In this document: positions 39,475 through 41,190 of the stretch, one piece after another | Position numbering within the stretch: position 1 is the stretch's first letter | Layout of the letters: each line of letters begins with the position of its first letter | Notes under the pieces: generated by a model | Told to the model about the DNA's origin: nothing | The model's database searches: none | What the model saw: the letters and a program-made list of their open reading frames with translations, nothing else | Program-made: the position numbers and the translations under genes | IMG/VR virus record: IMGVR_UViG_3300027533_000012 | Span: 1 to 41,190 of that record | Source of the DNA: a virus | Reading direction: 5' to 3' (one strand) | DNA: 41,190 bases

Positions 39475-41181
39475 TTACGTCAGGTCCAAGGTGACCGCCG
39501 TACGATTGCCGTCCGCATCGACGGTCGCCGTCACGCGGTCCTTCGTATCCGCCAGGTCACGAATCGCCACGGTGGTCGTCGCCGCACCAGACAACTTCCC
39601 GCCGGCGCCGGAATTGTTCAGCCGAAGCGACTGACGCACCGTCACCGAGCCGTCCACCGCATCGTCCAGGATGGCGTCCACGCCCGCCGATGACAGCGCA
39701 TAGCCGGTCTTGTCGTTGTTGGTCGTGACTGTCACGCCGGCCACCACCGAGGCCACAGACCCGACCACGTTCCCGCCGACGTTCCCGGTGACACTCGCCA
39801 CCGATCCCACGACGTTGCCGCCTACGTTCCCCGTCACTGACCCGACCGCACCGGTCACGGAGCCTACCGCACCCGTGACCGACCCGACCGAACCCGACAG
39901 ATTGCCCGTGATGTTGCCAATGATGTTCGCCGTGAGCGCCGTCGTGATGCTGGTCGCCGCGTTCGTGCCACCGCGCAGGAGGCCATTCGTCGAACCAGGC
40001 GCGATGTCTGGCAGCGCCGTGCCGACGATATGCCCCGCTGTGCCGGCGCCATACGCACCCGGCAGCGCCGTGCTCCACGGGTCGCCAGCCGACCCCGCAT
40101 CCGACAACGCCTTACCGGCGCTGCCCGCCGTCGTATGACCGGACAACTGCTCATCCCACACGCCGTCGGCAATCTCGTTGACCGCATCGGTCGCCAGCGC
40201 ATCGGCGTCAATAGCGCCCGTGGCAATGGCCGCTGCGTTGATGGCGCCGGCCGCAAAACTCGCCGACGTGATGCCACCCGAGGCTACCGAACCGACCGAT
40301 CCCGTCACGTTCCCGCCGACGTTGCCGGTCACGGAACCCACAGAACCCGTGACGTTGCCGCCCACGTTCCCAGTGACCGACCCGACGGCCCCCGTGACAC
40401 TCCCGACGGCGCCTGTCACAGACCCGACAGACCCAGACAAGTCGCCCGTGATGTTCCCCGTGATGGCCGCACGCATCCCGACACCACCACCCGCCGCGGC
40501 GGCGATACCGTCACCACCCGCACTCGCGCCACCGGTCGCCAGGAGCCCGTCGCCGGTCCCGTTTCCGGTCAGGCTCATGCCGTTGCCGTTCGTGGCCGCT
40601 GACGTGGACGTGATGCCGTTCCCGGTCGCGCCCGTGCCGCTGGCCGCGTTGATGCCGTGGCCCGTGCCGTTACCCGTCGCCGTAATCGCCGACGTGTTGG
40701 ACGTCTGACTCGTGATGTTCAGCCGCGAGAGCGCCAGTGTCGCCGTGCTCGAGCCGAGCGTGCCGCCATGCGCGACCCCATCGGCCAAGATGGCATCGGC
40801 TTCACCGCCGGCCGAGACATCGAGCGTCCGCGCCGCCGTCGTCGGCATCAGCGCCGATCGGGCTTCAATCGAGAACTCCGCGACCACATACCCGACGACG
40901 GACGTGCCGCCGACGGTGCCCGTCGTGATGACCAACTGGTAATTCGTGGCCGTGGCATACCCGTTGCCACCCGACGCGACCACGCGCACATTGTTCAGGC
41001 CCGTGACCGAGTCGAAGTCCACCGACAACGTAATGCCAGCCGTCAACTGCGTGGTGGAGTTCCCCGGATAGGCCGAGATGACCGGCGACCCGGCCAACTG
41101 CGTAGGCGCCCCGGTCGTCGTGACCGTGCAGAACTTCGTATCGAAGGTGTCACCAAGCCGGAAGTCGCCAATGTATGCCAT
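39475..41181 (-). CDS. tail fibre with Gly-rich repeat blocks
   Basis: 568 aa. GNG-type repeats occupy residues ~165-235, and two 60-aa (TGxVGSV)n blocks occupy 241-300 and 421-480. The start codon lies inside the terminal repeat. Confidence 0.65.
   Translation of the reverse strand: MAYIGDFRLGDTFDTKFCTVTTTGAPTQLAGSPVISAYPGNSTTQLTAGITLSVDFDSVTGLNNVRVVASGGNGYATATNYQLVITTGTVGGTSVVGYVVAEFSIEARSALMPTTAARTLDVSAGGEADAILADGVAHGGTLGSSTATLALSRLNITSQTSNTSAITATGNGTGHGINAASGTGATGNGITSTSAATNGNGMSLTGNGTGDGLLATGGASAGGDGIAAAAGGGVGMRAAITGNITGDLSGSVGSVTGAVGSVTGAVGSVTGNVGGNVTGSVGSVTGNVGGNVTGSVGSVASGGITSASFAAGAINAAAIATGAIDADALATDAVNEIADGVWDEQLSGHTTAGSAGKALSDAGSAGDPWSTALPGAYGAGTAGHIVGTALPDIAPGSTNGLLRGGTNAATSITTALTANIIGNITGNLSGSVGSVTGAVGSVTGAVGSVTGNVGGNVVGSVASVTGNVGGNVVGSVASVVAGVTVTTNNDKTGYALSSAGVDAILDDAVDGSVTVRQSLRLNNSGAGGKLSGAATTTVAIRDLADTKDRVTATVDADGNRTAVTLDLT
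39742..39921 (-). repeat. fibre repeat block 2 (residues 421-480)
   Basis: 53 of 60 residues are identical to block 1, with many synonymous nucleotide differences. Confidence 0.85.
40282..40461 (-). repeat. fibre repeat block 1 (residues 241-300)
   Basis: Sequence TGNITGDLSGSVGSVTGAVGSVTGAVGSVTGNVGGNVTGSVGSVTGNVGGNVTGSVGSVA. It lies exactly 180 codons upstream of block 2. Confidence 0.85.
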
Positions 41182-41190
41182 TAGTTCGCC
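41064..41190. repeat. terminal direct repeat, right copy (exact copy of 1..127)
   Basis: Read directly. Confidence 0.95.

Noticed and set aside
39742-40461. Diversity-generating retroelement (template/variable repeat pair) in the fibre gene, or at the Gly/Trp-containing C-terminus of the 423-aa protein (118..300)
   Set aside because: No reverse transcriptase ORF is present; I found no YxDD-type motif in any long frame. The two fibre blocks differ mainly at synonymous positions rather than by adenine-specific substitutions. I found no second copy of the 423-aa C-terminal coding segment.
39710-40708. Plus-strand ORFs encoding PVT/PTD repeats (39710..40138 and 40178..40708)
   Set aside because: They are the mirror image of the fibre's Gly-x-Val codon periodicity on the opposite strand. 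The fibre frame has the coding GC3 signal and the start and stop coupling.

Overview
The window is a complete phage genome. Bases 1-127 are identical to bases 41064-41190, so the unique sequence is 41063 bp and is circular or terminally redundant. It is high-GC (roughly 60-65% by eye) with strong third-position GC in real genes. Two divergent transcription arms leave a 75-bp AT-rich switch at 11640-11715 and converge at about 26000-26100.

The minus arm runs 11635 down to 118, continues across the junction at 41181, and ends at 26001. In order it encodes:
- an RHH regulator, small and large terminase, and a P22-type portal with a long C-terminal helical barrel;
- scaffold, a P22-coat-like major capsid protein, and a GT-A glycosyltransferase;
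- small virion proteins, a repeat-rich fibre, an adaptor, beta-propeller tail proteins and large internal or ejection proteins;
- a terminal cassette of small membrane proteins plus an M50 site-2 protease.

The plus arm (11716-26101) encodes:
- small Zn-ribbon proteins and an ERF annealing protein;
- MazG, an SNF2 helicase and an SPPF-motif DNA methyltransferase;
- a DIP1984-like protein, a tRNA-like gene, a VRR-NUC nuclease and an ASCH protein;
- a paralogous coiled-coil gene trio and a large two-frame gene ending in a glycosidase-like domain.

I could not recognise an integrase, DNA polymerase, primase, reverse transcriptase or CRISPR array.

The most interesting observations are:
1. An exact prfB-type +1 frameshift site (CUU UGA C) joins ORF 23165-24505 to a clearly coding +1 ORF that has no start codon.
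2. A tRNA gene is canonical everywhere except for a 4-nt anticodon loop.
3. A phage-borne site-2 protease sits in a translationally coupled four-gene cassette.
4. Two back-to-back promoters both appear to give leaderless mRNAs.
5. A 431-bp ORF-free, hairpin-rich region lies upstream of mazG.

All functional calls rest on motifs read by eye. No database search was run, and third-position GC figures are hand counts.
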